DNA from: Ignavibacteriota bacterium | GTDB taxonomy: Bacteria; Bacteroidota; Ignavibacteria; UBA10030; SZUA-254 | NCBI GenBank assembly: GCA_016212665.1 | Contig: JACREZ010000033.1 | Location: 7,533-71,532, forward strand | Reading direction: 5' to 3' | Length of the DNA: 64,000 nt | Part shown: positions 55,401 through 64,000 of the stretch, one piece after another | How positions within the stretch are numbered: position 1 is the first letter of the stretch | Layout of the letters: the number at the start of each line of letters is the position of its first letter | Translations under genes and position numbers: made by a program | Notes under the pieces: generated by a model | The model's input: the letters and a program-made list of their open reading frames with translations, nothing else | What the model was told of the DNA's origin: nothing | Databases searched by the model: none

Positions 55401-55610
55401 CGATTCTACAAACGTGTAACCGTCGTACCGGTATAAACCATGTTCAGTTGCAAGCCAGAGAAATCCAGTTTTGTCCTGAGCAATGTCGTAGACAATATTA
55501 AACGGTAATCCTCTTCCAAGCCTTGTCACCGTCATTTCATCCTCTTGGGAGAAAGCAGATTCAAAAAGGAACAGGACTGTGCCGATGAGTATGAACAGGA
55601 ACTTCTTCAT
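52401..55610 (-). CDS. sensor histidine kinase with periplasmic two-component-regulator propeller / Y_Y_Y domains (HisKA_3 + HATPase_c)
   Basis: 1069 aa with a signal peptide. Many ...G.LW(I/V)GT..GL..Y... propeller blades, one TM helix (WFRVIAIVLFLSIGPIIYY), H-box AGEIHDSLGQNL, and a C-terminal GHKL ATPase. Confidence 0.85.
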   Translation of the reverse strand: MKKFLFILIGTVLFLFESAFSQEDEMTVTRLGRGLPFNIVYDIAQDKTGFLWLATEHGLYRYDGYTFVESRKLFNDSITPNAAIRQLVIDSWDNIWMNADGLYRINLLEKSVRQLHVENDSNIRRGNFTLHLDRSSTVWIRSTTMYKFDRQQERFLHYALSLQDASMEKGFVESSTEQGVFWIASRDGRFYRIESVTGRTREFTIPNKQLTTSNTNQIHSLFQDSQGNLWIGSEAHAYVFDSKKELFIEIMKGEPFNSFGEDAKKQLYIGSSSRLYKLDLTTFRRDEPKSVTPVYVTEARSLIRDILFDGTGNLFLHAKGVYRYNAENSTLRFYQYEPGNNRSLSVNTLRMLFQDRSGVIWVGTDGGGLCKIERRGKKFALYSSAVDSSTTENFNVRAIGEANDGTVWIGSFDGLHFLKPGVGLKRFHFEHQLANNINSEGKILIGSIYTENDGSVWLGSWGAEGVFMFQSNVDKVNRVTFPENKKNLLPGVRRFFRDSYGSLWIATGNGAFRIKQDGADHFLPDSDNANSISFHTVFCFGEDSDGMIWIGTLRGLNRYEPSTNSFTLYFNDPSQPKSLSKNDIRVIHRDKTGTLWVGTAGGGLNKYESATDNFTRFTMNEGLPDNRIYGILEDDHGNLWISTHNGLCKFNTHTYQCRNYSESDGLQASEFNTGAYFKNKNGVMYFGGASGFNVFHPDSIQDNSFVPPVVITRLKIFDEEIPFENSGIELSYFQNYISLEYSALSYLLGEENKYAYFMEGFDRNWHEVGTNRSANYSHLDPGEYTFKVIASNSDGVWNTQGASLRIIIIPPFWMTTWFRVIAIVLFLSIGPIIYYRRVTTLKKEKALQEDFSRQLLDNVEGERKRIAGEIHDSLGQNLLVVKNVLQTGLESAENVEKTKGTIENAVNIVGQTIQDARTLSYTLHPLMLEELGLTTALQYLLRKTCETFSIQFTSNVEDIDGLFSPEAEVHIFRVVQECLNNVVKHSGATTATLTVKRHKEFVELLLSDNGKGFDATKSGVHRGNVGGFGQKNMKERTRLLGAEMNVVSIMSGGTTVSLRCPVKEAAQNG

Positions 55611-55645
55611 TGATGCCTGAAAGTATGAAACAGTTCACTCAAAAT

Positions 55646-55681
55646 CAAAAAAAAAGCCGACTCAAGTTCTGAATCGGCTTT
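55646..55681 (-). terminator. rho-independent terminator after the OmpA-family gene
   Basis: On the minus strand: AAAGCCGA-ttcagaacttgag-TCGGCTTT followed by a T9 run. Confidence 0.8.
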
Positions 55682-55702
55682 GAAGTTCTTTTATCTCCTT
55701 TG

Positions 55703-57142
55703 CTATTGAACAACAAACTCAATACGCCGGTTACGTTGCCTGCCGGATTCCGAAGCGTTAGAAGCAATCGGTCGTGAGTAACCGAATCCTTTTGTTGTTA
55801 ATCTGTTTGCATCAATTCCACGTGTGACCAGCCACCATTTTACAGCGGCGGAACGGCGACGGGATAAATCAAGATTAACAGAAGCGCTGCCAATATTATC
55901 TGTGTGTCCTTGAATCTGAACATACACACTCTGAAATTCCTTCAGTGTTTGATATACTCGCTCAAGAATTGGAACTGAGGTTGGAAGAATATCCGCACTT
56001 CCTGTTCGGAACACAATCCCTTCAAGAGCAAGTCTTGCGCGAATTTCGGCAAGTTCTTTTGCAGATGGTCGTGCAATGTCTCGCCCCGTCGGGGTTCCAT
56101 AATCTGCATCAGTTATTGAGATAAATTTATCATCACTTGCATCCAACGGATGCGCGTTCTTTGCAACTTCAATTCCATCTTTCACTCCACCACGGTCTGT
56201 ATCGGGGTCAAGCGGATTTGTGTGTGTGACTTTCGCTTCTTCCCTGTCATCCAAACCATCACCGTCAGTATCTTTTTTCAACGGGTCGGTGAAATATGTT
56301 CGGACTTCATCACCATCATTCAATCCATCCAAGTCAGTATCAGGGCGGAACGGGTCGGAATGAAACGTTAAAACTTCATACGAATCTCTCAGTCCATCTC
56401 CATCGCCATCAGGGTTATACGGGTCAGTTCTGTATCGCATGATTTCTTCATCGTCACTCAAACCATCGCCATCGGAATCAGGTCCGTTCATTCCTCTGTC
56501 CCAACGACGCTCATCAGATGAATAGGTCGAACGATAATTCATCCGGTTATAACCGCTTCCATTAATTGTCATGCTGATAAGAAATGTCCAGTACGCATCG
56601 TTCGGTTCATCTGCGTGACTGCCGTTGAGTTCATCCGTAAAAGCGAAATTATATCCGAGATTAAAATCTAATCCCAATCCTTCTTCGGCAACTAATTCAA
56701 CACCGATACCAAAAGGAATGTACGCTGAAATTCCTTCCGGTTTATAACGAGGTGCTATCCACGCGGGAAGATGTTCAATGTCTAACCGTGCAACATCATA
56801 TGAGACGAAACCAAACCCCGCGTACAAATACGGACTCCATCGCTCATAATATTCAGGCGAATAGAGTAAGCGATAATCAAATGGAAATAAATGTGTTTCA
56901 TAGAACCAATCAGATATGGCACCGATGCCGACACCAAATTCTCCGCGAACGCTCTCGGTATAATAATGTCTAACAAATAATCGTGCTTGAAAATCCGTGT
57001 TTCCATCAAACTCTTTGTTGCCGTTCATTCCCCCGATTCCCACACCAAGTTGAATCGGTAAATCGAACGACTGTCCCGCAACCGGAACGGCAATAAAAAA
57101 TAGACTCGTGAATAACAAGAAAATAGTAGAAATTCGAATCAT
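55703..57142 (-). CDS. OmpA-family outer-membrane protein with thrombospondin type-3 (Ca-binding) repeats
   Basis: The ATG at 57142 gives MIRISTIFLLF.... DSDGDGLSDDEE, DGDGDGLRD, DTDLDGLNDGDE and DTDGDGLDD repeats. C-terminal OmpA-like ...GHTDNIGSASVNLDLSRRRSAAV...NRRIEFVV. Confidence 0.85.
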   Translation of the reverse strand: MIRISTIFLLFTSLFFIAVPVAGQSFDLPIQLGVGIGGMNGNKEFDGNTDFQARLFVRHYYTESVRGEFGVGIGAISDWFYETHLFPFDYRLLYSPEYYERWSPYLYAGFGFVSYDVARLDIEHLPAWIAPRYKPEGISAYIPFGIGVELVAEEGLGLDFNLGYNFAFTDELNGSHADEPNDAYWTFLISMTINGSGYNRMNYRSTYSSDERRWDRGMNGPDSDGDGLSDDEEIMRYRTDPYNPDGDGDGLRDSYEVLTFHSDPFRPDTDLDGLNDGDEVRTYFTDPLKKDTDGDGLDDREEAKVTHTNPLDPDTDRGGVKDGIEVAKNAHPLDASDDKFISITDADYGTPTGRDIARPSAKELAEIRARLALEGIVFRTGSADILPTSVPILERVYQTLKEFQSVYVQIQGHTDNIGSASVNLDLSRRRSAAVKWWLVTRGIDANRLTTKGFGYSRPIASNASESGRQRNRRIEFVVQ

Positions 57143-57371
57143 ACTTTTTCCTTTCCCTAACATATACAAGTTCATTGGTTGAATATTGAAATTTGTGCTT
57201 TGTTTGAAGTACTCAATCGGCTATGGAAAGCCCTTACGGGACTGAGTATAAGAATTCTTTGATAGATTTTCAACAAAAATGTGGAGAAAATATAAAATAA
57301 TCTTCAACAAAGTTAGCCCAATCTATCAATTTTAACTCAGTATTGTAATAATTGAACAAGAACAACAGATA

Positions 57372-59396
57372 TTACTTCCACTTCACCACTCCCACACTCA
57401 CAAGGTCTTCAATGTAATGTGCAACCGCTTCAACTTTCACGGGGGTAAACTCTGCGCTTAACGCGTCCCGGATTTCAGAAATTGTTTTTTTACCGTTGAT
57501 GAAATTGACTATCTCGAATTCCATATCGCCTCGAATTGTGTTTTCGCTTGAACTGTACCACTTTGCTTTCTCCGCATCCAACGTATTTGCAGGTAAACCA
57601 AAATCAAGCGGACCGCGAGTCATCCGAACGGGAATGCGTGTATCCCTTTTTTCTTTGAGCGATATTCCTGCATTGGTTCCTTTCACCTTATCAGCGATTT
57701 CCTTTGCAAGAAATTCATATTGATATTTCAAAGCAGATTGAATCGTAGCAACATCCTGTTTTACATCAACAGAATTATTGAAATTCAAAATTGAAATGAG
57801 TCCATCAATCTCATTTGCTAACGATTGCTTGAGAATATTTTGTGCCTCATCTCCCAAACCGGTAACTGTATCACGACCTGCAAGAAGTTGTAATCCTTTT
57901 TTCGCCCCATCTCCCAAGCGTCCAAGCGCTCTTGCTTGAACATGATAACTTAAATTCTTTGCTTGTGAATCATCTAAGTTAGCAAGATACCACAATGTTG
58001 AGGTGGCAATAATTTCGCATCGTTCAAGTTCAACCGGGTCAACTTTATCAGGCGTGTCTTCAGACGTATGGTGCGTGTAATCGCTGTGGGAGAACATGAT
58101 GCCCGGAATTTTTCTATCAATGAACATCATGTGGTCGCTTCCTCCTCCGTACGGTGTTACGCGATAGTTAAACGCCGACAAACTTCCTCTTGGCGTTCGC
58201 ACATCTATTCCGTCAACCATTTCCGCCATGTTGGTGACAACATCATTCACACATGATGGGAGAGAAGAGGGAGTTCGTGTCAGAATCAATTGAGAATGTA
58301 ACAACTCCAGATTTTCACCCACCATATCCATGTTCATGTTCGCGAGCCAATTGCCACCGAGTTCCGGTCCTTCAAATTCCGGATGACCATCAATGTACGC
58401 CATCGTTCCGTTCCACTCAGGAACCCAAATGAACCGGAACGTGCGTTTCGGTTTCGGGAGACGACCGCTGCTAATCAATTCATTCAACGTACGCGCAATA
58501 TCGAGAATCGCACCTGAACCGCTCGCATTATCATTTGCAGATTCTTTCGGATGGTCAAGATGCGCGCTGAACACAAGTTCTTCTTCCGGGTGTTCGCTTC
58601 CAAATATTTTTGCAACTACAACATCCATGTAATATGGTTCAAGTCCAACTCCCTCCACTTTTCCGTGAAGCACAACTTTCTTTCCAGATGCTAACAACTC
58701 CTTCAACTTTTTGCCTTGCCTGTTTGTGAGATTGAAGCCAAAGGTTGTTGTGGTTAATTCGTTGCTTCGGGGCCACATGCCGGTGTATTGAAGCATATCG
58801 GGATATTCTTTCGCACGTTCATCATCGAGAAAACAGACAACCGCTTTCGCTCCGTACTTCAACACAGCAAGGCGGTGAACAGCGCCTCCGTAACCTGTTG
58901 CAAGAACAAACTTTCCACGAACATCTTTTCCTTCATAATCTTTGTCCGATGTTCCGTTTCCAACATCAACAAGTTCTGCTGTTGCATCTCCGGCGTTTGA
59001 ATACGTTATCACACTCATCGCAATTTCAGGATACCCGACAATGCGTTCATCATACGGTTCAACCATGCGCAACTCGGCGGAAGTGATGTCCCAACCGGAA
59101 GGCGATTGCCACGTTTGATATTCTTTCTTTCCATCCGAAACAAATGATTCGATATACGCATCGTTCTCGGAAAAACCATACTCACGAAGTTTTCCCAGAA
59201 CATACTTCGCCGCATCACGATACCCGCGCGAACCTTGAATGCGATGATGCCGCGTAATTTGTATGACATGTTCCTTCGCGAGTTCTCCGCTTAACGCTTC
59301 ATGGAACAAGTCGCGTGTTTTATCATCGAGAAGATTTTGGGCAGAAAGAGAATAAATGCAAACAGAAAAAATAAAAATGAAGAAAACTGATTTCAT
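57372..59396 (-). CDS. M28-family metallopeptidase with PA domain and C-terminal winged-helix-like domain
   Basis: 674 aa with a signal peptide. ...SAHLDHPKESANDNASGSGAILDIARTL...NMDMVG...GGSDHMMF.... Confidence 0.75.
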   Translation of the reverse strand: MKSVFFIFIFSVCIYSLSAQNLLDDKTRDLFHEALSGELAKEHVIQITRHHRIQGSRGYRDAAKYVLGKLREYGFSENDAYIESFVSDGKKEYQTWQSPSGWDITSAELRMVEPYDERIVGYPEIAMSVITYSNAGDATAELVDVGNGTSDKDYEGKDVRGKFVLATGYGGAVHRLAVLKYGAKAVVCFLDDERAKEYPDMLQYTGMWPRSNELTTTTFGFNLTNRQGKKLKELLASGKKVVLHGKVEGVGLEPYYMDVVVAKIFGSEHPEEELVFSAHLDHPKESANDNASGSGAILDIARTLNELISSGRLPKPKRTFRFIWVPEWNGTMAYIDGHPEFEGPELGGNWLANMNMDMVGENLELLHSQLILTRTPSSLPSCVNDVVTNMAEMVDGIDVRTPRGSLSAFNYRVTPYGGGSDHMMFIDRKIPGIMFSHSDYTHHTSEDTPDKVDPVELERCEIIATSTLWYLANLDDSQAKNLSYHVQARALGRLGDGAKKGLQLLAGRDTVTGLGDEAQNILKQSLANEIDGLISILNFNNSVDVKQDVATIQSALKYQYEFLAKEIADKVKGTNAGISLKEKRDTRIPVRMTRGPLDFGLPANTLDAEKAKWYSSSENTIRGDMEFEIVNFINGKKTISEIRDALSAEFTPVKVEAVAHYIEDLVSVGVVKWK

Positions 59397-59404
59397 GTAG
59401 TTCC

Positions 59405-60046
59405 TTAGTTATGATATTGGAATCCAATAGTGAGAGCGAATCCCGATGGGTTGACCGTAAAGTTGTTACCACCGACATTATCATCGCTCTTCGAAGCAAA
59501 ATATAATCTGGGCTCAACAAAAACTTTCCCGATTAACGCACGAGCGAATAATGTTCCGAAAATATTCCCACCGTTTTTCGTTTCGCTGTTGGTCGTCAAC
59601 GAACCAAAAATCCCTCCGGAACTGCTTTGATAATCCACAGCATAAAAATAAAAATAATACCCGCCGCCAATTCCAATGTACCCGCGACTGTCCGCATCTT
59701 CAACATGAAAAAGTTTATAGGCGACATTCACATGAAGAGGTAACAGGAACATCTGTTGTTGCTGGACGTTCGGTTTCGGTTGATGGAAAATATCTATGGA
59801 TTGTTTGGGATAAAAATCAATCGCACCGGAGAGGAAAAAATTATACTTGGTGAACTCAGTAATTCCATCTATACCGATGAGCAAACCGTTGTTCAGTCCG
59901 TCGCCCGGTTGATAGAATCCGAATTTCCCGCTGTAATATTGTTTGAGATTTGAACTTGATTCATCCTTTGCATCCGATGAAGTTTGACAAATCGCTATCA
60001 CGGTGGTGCTAAGAACGAATAACAAGAGAAAAAGAATATTTTTCAT
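59405..60046 (-). CDS. small outer-membrane beta-barrel-like protein
   Basis: 213 aa with a signal peptide. Alternating aromatic/glycine beta-strand pattern. C-terminal ...FALTIGFQYHN. Confidence 0.5.
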   Translation of the reverse strand: MKNILFLLLFVLSTTVIAICQTSSDAKDESSSNLKQYYSGKFGFYQPGDGLNNGLLIGIDGITEFTKYNFFLSGAIDFYPKQSIDIFHQPKPNVQQQQMFLLPLHVNVAYKLFHVEDADSRGYIGIGGGYYFYFYAVDYQSSSGGIFGSLTTNSETKNGGNIFGTLFARALIGKVFVEPRLYFASKSDDNVGGNNFTVNPSGFALTIGFQYHN

Positions 60047-60121
60047 ACGTTTCCTTTCATTAATGATGACAATGAATTGCCATAGTTTAACAAAATTGCA
60101 TCAACCGAACAAAAGGAAATC

Positions 60122-61057
60122 TCACACGGCAGAACTCAATTCTGATGAAACGTTACCTGGTTCACTTTCTATGGGAACTGTCTCAATCGGTATTTCCTTC
60201 GGGAAATACTTTTGATACAGATTAACCTGACTTGAATAAAGCATCAATTTCAATGCTGACTTGAGAAGAATATAAATTTGTTGAACGATGATTAACAGGA
60301 AAATCACAAACACATCGGGCGAGGAAAGAAAGGATGCCTTCACCCGATACATCAAAAGGAATAATATTCCTACCAAAAAGAATATCACCGCCAACCCAAA
60401 GACTTTCCAAAAGTTCTTGACAGAAAAGAGGATGCTTTTCTTTAAGGCGATTCTCATTTTTCGTGTATTGGTTTCGACAACATACATCCTCGCATAATCA
60501 AAGATGACGTAATAGAAAATAATTCCAAGGTAACCCAATCCGACACGAACAGCATTTCCCCAGAACTTTACATTCTCATACGGGTCGCTTCCAAAGACAA
60601 CGCGGACAAATCCTGTTTCAAGAAATTGTATTCCGTACAAAACAACAAACAGAGGAATACTCCAAAGCCACAAACGAAAAAATCGCCCGAAATATTTTGC
60701 CGAATCACTCCAGAAAATACTACCGTTCCATCCCTCGCTTTTCAAAAATAAAGAGAACGCTCCGCCCGAAATAAATAATCCCGCAAGCCAATACATCATC
60801 GCGGCGACGGCAATTAACCCTCCCAACATTTTGATTCCACCGGAATTATTATTGAAAAATTCAAAAATAAAATCCCAGTTGATTCCCCCCGTCAACGATT
60901 CACCCATCAATGAATTGCCCGCAAAATCATTCAGCATATTTCTGAGCGGAATCATCACGAGCAATCCCATCAGGAGATTCGTCAGGAAAAATATTGCAAT
61001 CATCCGTTTCATTCGGAGAGTTTGTTTGAATCCATGGAGTAAAGAATTGAATATCAT
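60122..61057 (-). CDS. integral membrane protein, unknown function
   Basis: 311 aa with about 6 hydrophobic helices. No family recognised. Confidence 0.5.
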   Translation of the reverse strand: MIFNSLLHGFKQTLRMKRMIAIFFLTNLLMGLLVMIPLRNMLNDFAGNSLMGESLTGGINWDFIFEFFNNNSGGIKMLGGLIAVAAMMYWLAGLFISGGAFSLFLKSEGWNGSIFWSDSAKYFGRFFRLWLWSIPLFVVLYGIQFLETGFVRVVFGSDPYENVKFWGNAVRVGLGYLGIIFYYVIFDYARMYVVETNTRKMRIALKKSILFSVKNFWKVFGLAVIFFLVGILFLLMYRVKASFLSSPDVFVIFLLIIVQQIYILLKSALKLMLYSSQVNLYQKYFPKEIPIETVPIESEPGNVSSELSSAV

Positions 61058-61067
61058 CGCGAGTCTC

Positions 61068-63008
61068 CTAAAAAGTGCCGGTAAGGAATGTCAGTATATT
61101 CATCAGGTCAGGTTGATCGAACAGCATCTGCAAATAGAACATGAACTTGAACGCTGTCTTGTTAATACCGGCGCTTTGCGGCTCAAGCGTTTTGCTGTTG
61201 TTTGTGTAGTTGATATCAAGAACAACTTTTCGTTCAGGGTCAACTGTTGCATATTTCAAGCGAGATGTTTTTGTGAATTTGAATTTCTTCCACAAATCAT
61301 TTCCATCCCACTTCTCTTTCACCTTTTCTCCATTCTCGAAGACGACTTCAACCTCGACAGGAAACGTGAAATCACCGATTCGCCTCACAACAATTTCGGA
61401 TTCATACTCCTTCGCCTCGTCATCTTTCTCTGATTCATCATCAGAAAACGTATAGTCATACCCTTCAGCCGCCTTCACTTCATTTGAACTTACTTTCTCA
61501 ATCGAATAATCAATCTTTTTTGCAGAATATAATGCCTGATTGAAATACCAGTTGAAATCACTCCCCGTTACATCATTCACCACATTCACAAAGTCATGGC
61601 TTTTTGGATGTTTGAATTTCCATCGCTCGAAATACGCACGCATCACTTCCTGCATCTTTTCTTTGCCGATATGATGTTGCAATGTCGTAAGAATCAATCC
61701 CGGTTTTGAATATGAATTGACACCGTAACTTCCGCCCGAAGCAAATTCCCAAGCATTGCGAACAGTCGGGTCGGTGCTGTGAATAGAAATGTATTGTCCT
61801 CGATGTAAATCAATATCGTTCATTTTCAATCCGAACCAGTTCACCGCACTTCCTGAACCGTATGCATCATTCATGATTTGAATTTCAGTGTACGTATTGA
61901 TTCCTTCGTCAAGCCAACTTTCTTCAAACTCGTTCGATGCAAGAAGATGATACCAATAGTTATGTCCGAATTCATGAACGATAACGACCTCGACAATCCT
62001 GATTCCATCGGGAACGCCATAACTCGTCCCTGCTGTAATGAGTGTCGGATATTCCATACCGCCGGAACCGCCGCCACCTCGCCGCGGGTCAACAACGGTA
62101 AGATTCGGAAACGGATAATCGCCATACCAATTCTGATGATATCGCACAGCAAGTTTCGCCGCTTCGAGATGTCGCTCTCCCTGTGCGATATGGTCGGGCT
62201 GCATAAGAACACGAATGTCAACATCCTGCTCTTTCCCTTTTACTTCAATGAATTCCGGGCTTGTTGTCCAAGCAAAATCATGTACATCTTCTGCATGATA
62301 AAAGTGTGTGGCAGTTCCGTCTCCGTTTGATTTCACTTCATGCTCAATTCCGGTCGCACCCACAATATTTTTCTCAGGAACGGTGATACGAACATCATAC
62401 ATTCCGTAGTCAGCAAAGAATTCCGAGTTCGCGTGGAATTGATGACAATTCCACTTGCCGTCAATATATACGCCGACTTTCGGAAACCACTGTCCGACAA
62501 AGAAATATTCTTCCTTCACGCCAGTTCGGGCAAATGGCGGTTGTGGTAATTTCTCTTCAAAATCTATTGTCAATGAAATTGAATCTCCCGGTTGAAGCGG
62601 CGTTGGCAATGGAAGTTTGAAAACAGTTTTGTCATCTGTATTTCCATCATCCGGTTGAATGAACTGCATCGCGCTTGTCAACTCTTCTCCCGAAGGCAAT
62701 GTGATTTTTTTAATATCAATATATCCCCAGCCATCTTTATCCATCTTTATTCCGCGCAACCGTCCGCCTGATTCCTTCATGAACGTTGACTTAGAATTCC
62801 GGAATCCGTTCATGTAGAGATGAAACTGCAACTCCGAAACAACATCCGAAGATTTGTTATGCCACTTCAACACTTCATGACCAAATAACATTTTCTTCTC
62901 GACATCAAGCCGAACATCAATATCATAGTTGGCGATGCGAGGACTGAGTGGTTGTGAGTGAGTTACAAGACAAAAGAAAAAATGGAGGAAGAATAGATAC
63001 TTTGTCAT
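61068..63008 (-). CDS. M1-family zinc metallopeptidase
   Basis: 646 aa with a signal peptide. GGMEYP (GxMEN-like), HEFGHNYWY (HExxH) and WLDEG. Confidence 0.85.
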   Translation of the reverse strand: MTKYLFFLHFFFCLVTHSQPLSPRIANYDIDVRLDVEKKMLFGHEVLKWHNKSSDVVSELQFHLYMNGFRNSKSTFMKESGGRLRGIKMDKDGWGYIDIKKITLPSGEELTSAMQFIQPDDGNTDDKTVFKLPLPTPLQPGDSISLTIDFEEKLPQPPFARTGVKEEYFFVGQWFPKVGVYIDGKWNCHQFHANSEFFADYGMYDVRITVPEKNIVGATGIEHEVKSNGDGTATHFYHAEDVHDFAWTTSPEFIEVKGKEQDVDIRVLMQPDHIAQGERHLEAAKLAVRYHQNWYGDYPFPNLTVVDPRRGGGGSGGMEYPTLITAGTSYGVPDGIRIVEVVIVHEFGHNYWYHLLASNEFEESWLDEGINTYTEIQIMNDAYGSGSAVNWFGLKMNDIDLHRGQYISIHSTDPTVRNAWEFASGGSYGVNSYSKPGLILTTLQHHIGKEKMQEVMRAYFERWKFKHPKSHDFVNVVNDVTGSDFNWYFNQALYSAKKIDYSIEKVSSNEVKAAEGYDYTFSDDESEKDDEAKEYESEIVVRRIGDFTFPVEVEVVFENGEKVKEKWDGNDLWKKFKFTKTSRLKYATVDPERKVVLDINYTNNSKTLEPQSAGINKTAFKFMFYLQMLFDQPDLMNILTFLTGTF

Positions 63009-63099
63009 TGTGAAGACCTTGAGTGGTTACAGGTTACAGATTTGAGGTTTGGCGATAAGAATTATTTACTCAATATTTTTTAGGTGGTATTTCTCAGAT

Positions 63100-63636
63100 T
63101 CAAAACACCCTATCCTTCTCCACCACCAACGTCCCTGCAATAATATCATGCAACGCTTGCTTGTGTTGTGTCCATCCTGCCATCATGTAACCGATGTAGA
63201 GAATCATCCCTGAAATAATTTTAGAAAAATATCTTCCCGTCGCTCGACCGAATGTAATGCGATGTCCGTTCATGTCGGTGACAACAATGTTCAGCACCAT
63301 CTTTCCAATCGTCGCTCCGCGCTGCGATTCCATGATTGCAAAATACAGCCACTCCGCGATCACAATCATCATCGCCACGATGACATAGACAATAATCATA
63401 GACAGGAAAAAGCCTACCGCTTCAACATCCCGCTCCGTGATAAACGCGCTGACACCAATCATAGCAATAAAGGGCAACAAAATAATCAGTGATGCAACTG
63501 AGATGATGAGTTTATCAATTAAGATTGCGGCAAAGCGTTTCCAAAACCCCGCATAATTAACGGCGGGTTGTTGGTACATGGGCGGTGGCGGCTGTGGTTG
63601 AAATTGTTGTTCACTTAATGGTTGTTCATTGTTCAT
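63100..63636 (-). CDS. RDD-family membrane protein
   Basis: 178 aa. Pro/Gln-rich N-terminus. ...YAGFWKRFAAILIDKLI...GATIGKMVLNI...RYFSKIISG...LHDIIAGTLVV. Confidence 0.8.
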   Translation of the reverse strand: MNNEQPLSEQQFQPQPPPPMYQQPAVNYAGFWKRFAAILIDKLIISVASLIILLPFIAMIGVSAFITERDVEAVGFFLSMIIVYVIVAMMIVIAEWLYFAIMESQRGATIGKMVLNIVVTDMNGHRITFGRATGRYFSKIISGMILYIGYMMAGWTQHKQALHDIIAGTLVVEKDRVF

Positions 63637-63816
63637 ATATTTTTTCTAATTCTTGATACTTGGTACTTTGTACTCAGTCATTAGTGATTTGTGAGTGGTG
63701 AGTGGTCTATGGAGAGTAGTGAATAAAATTATCTCAAACACCTATCACCTACCACCTTTCACCTTTCACCTTTCACCTTTTACCAACTGACTGCGACTAC
63801 TAACTCTACGTTAAAG

Positions 63817-64000
63817 TTACTCCTTTTGATACACGATTTTCCCGCCAACTACCGTCATCTCTACTTTTATATTTTCTATTTGATTCGGGTCACTCGTTAT
63901 CAAATCCTGAGAGAGAACGACAAAGTCTGCAAACTTACCGACGGTGATTGAACCCTTTTCGTTTTCTTCAAATGCCGCGTAGGCATTGTTGATTGTGTAT
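63817..64000 (-). CDS. amidohydrolase-family protein, C-terminal part, runs off window
   Basis: Own translation of the minus strand: ...TINNAYAAFEENEKGSITVGKFADFVVLSQDLITSDPNQIENIKVEMTVVGGKIVYQKE*. This is the typical amidohydrolase_3 C-terminus. Not in the ORF track. Confidence 0.65.
   Translation of the reverse strand, partial: YTINNAYAAFEENEKGSITVGKFADFVVLSQDLITSDPNQIENIKVEMTVVGGKIVYQKE

Overview
64-kb chromosomal window that looks like an FCB-group bacterium (Ignavibacteria/Bacteroidota-like). The taxon call rests on several secreted proteins ending in T9SS-type C-terminal sorting domains, a Y_Y_Y propeller sensor kinase and AT-rich intergenic DNA. All family names come from reading the translations; no searches were run.

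Content in order:
- A partial metalloenzyme gene, then dtd-prmC.
- Two tandem HicB-HicA pairs.
- A sigma-less partner-switching module: membrane GAF-SpoIIE phosphatase, STAS protein, RsbW-like kinase, GAF-SpoIIE phosphatase.
- A MATE exporter, a TPR protein and tRNA-Arg(CCG).
- A 1.2-kb ORF-poor region full of repeats.
- rplM-rpsI and rpsB-tsf-pyrH-frr.
- PspC and a membrane protein.
- A roughly 17.7-kb co-directional minus-strand block: lpdA, lipB, fused E1 alpha/beta, E1 alpha, E1 beta, E2, lipA, a GAF-PP2C phosphatase, a HerA-like ATPase, an AT-rich orphan gene and polA. The 2-oxoacid dehydrogenase/lipoylation part has a small accessory cassette in almost every intergenic gap.
- msrPQ.
- A sigma-like / zinc anti-sigma-like / membrane Lon-like protease cluster.
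- FG-GAP/HYR and other T9SS cargo proteins, with a two-component system.
- An OmpA/TSP3 protein, M28 and M1 peptidases, an RDD protein and a partial amidohydrolase.

I saw no transposase, integrase, reverse transcriptase, cas gene, CRISPR array or rRNA.

Most interesting:
1. A membrane protein with a cytoplasmic ATPase-less Lon (S16)-like domain and an extracytoplasmic FG-GAP-like domain, next to a ZAS-motif protein.
2. A HerA-like ATPase with an unnameable AT-rich partner gene.
3. An 84-nt direct repeat that duplicates the lpdA 3' end around a two-gene cassette.
4. A four-helix-bundle gene bracketed by 33-nt inverted repeats.
5. Two intergenic arrays with the same 21-22-nt phasing.
6. A window-wide family of low-complexity 'stutter' fillers, one of them translated in frame.
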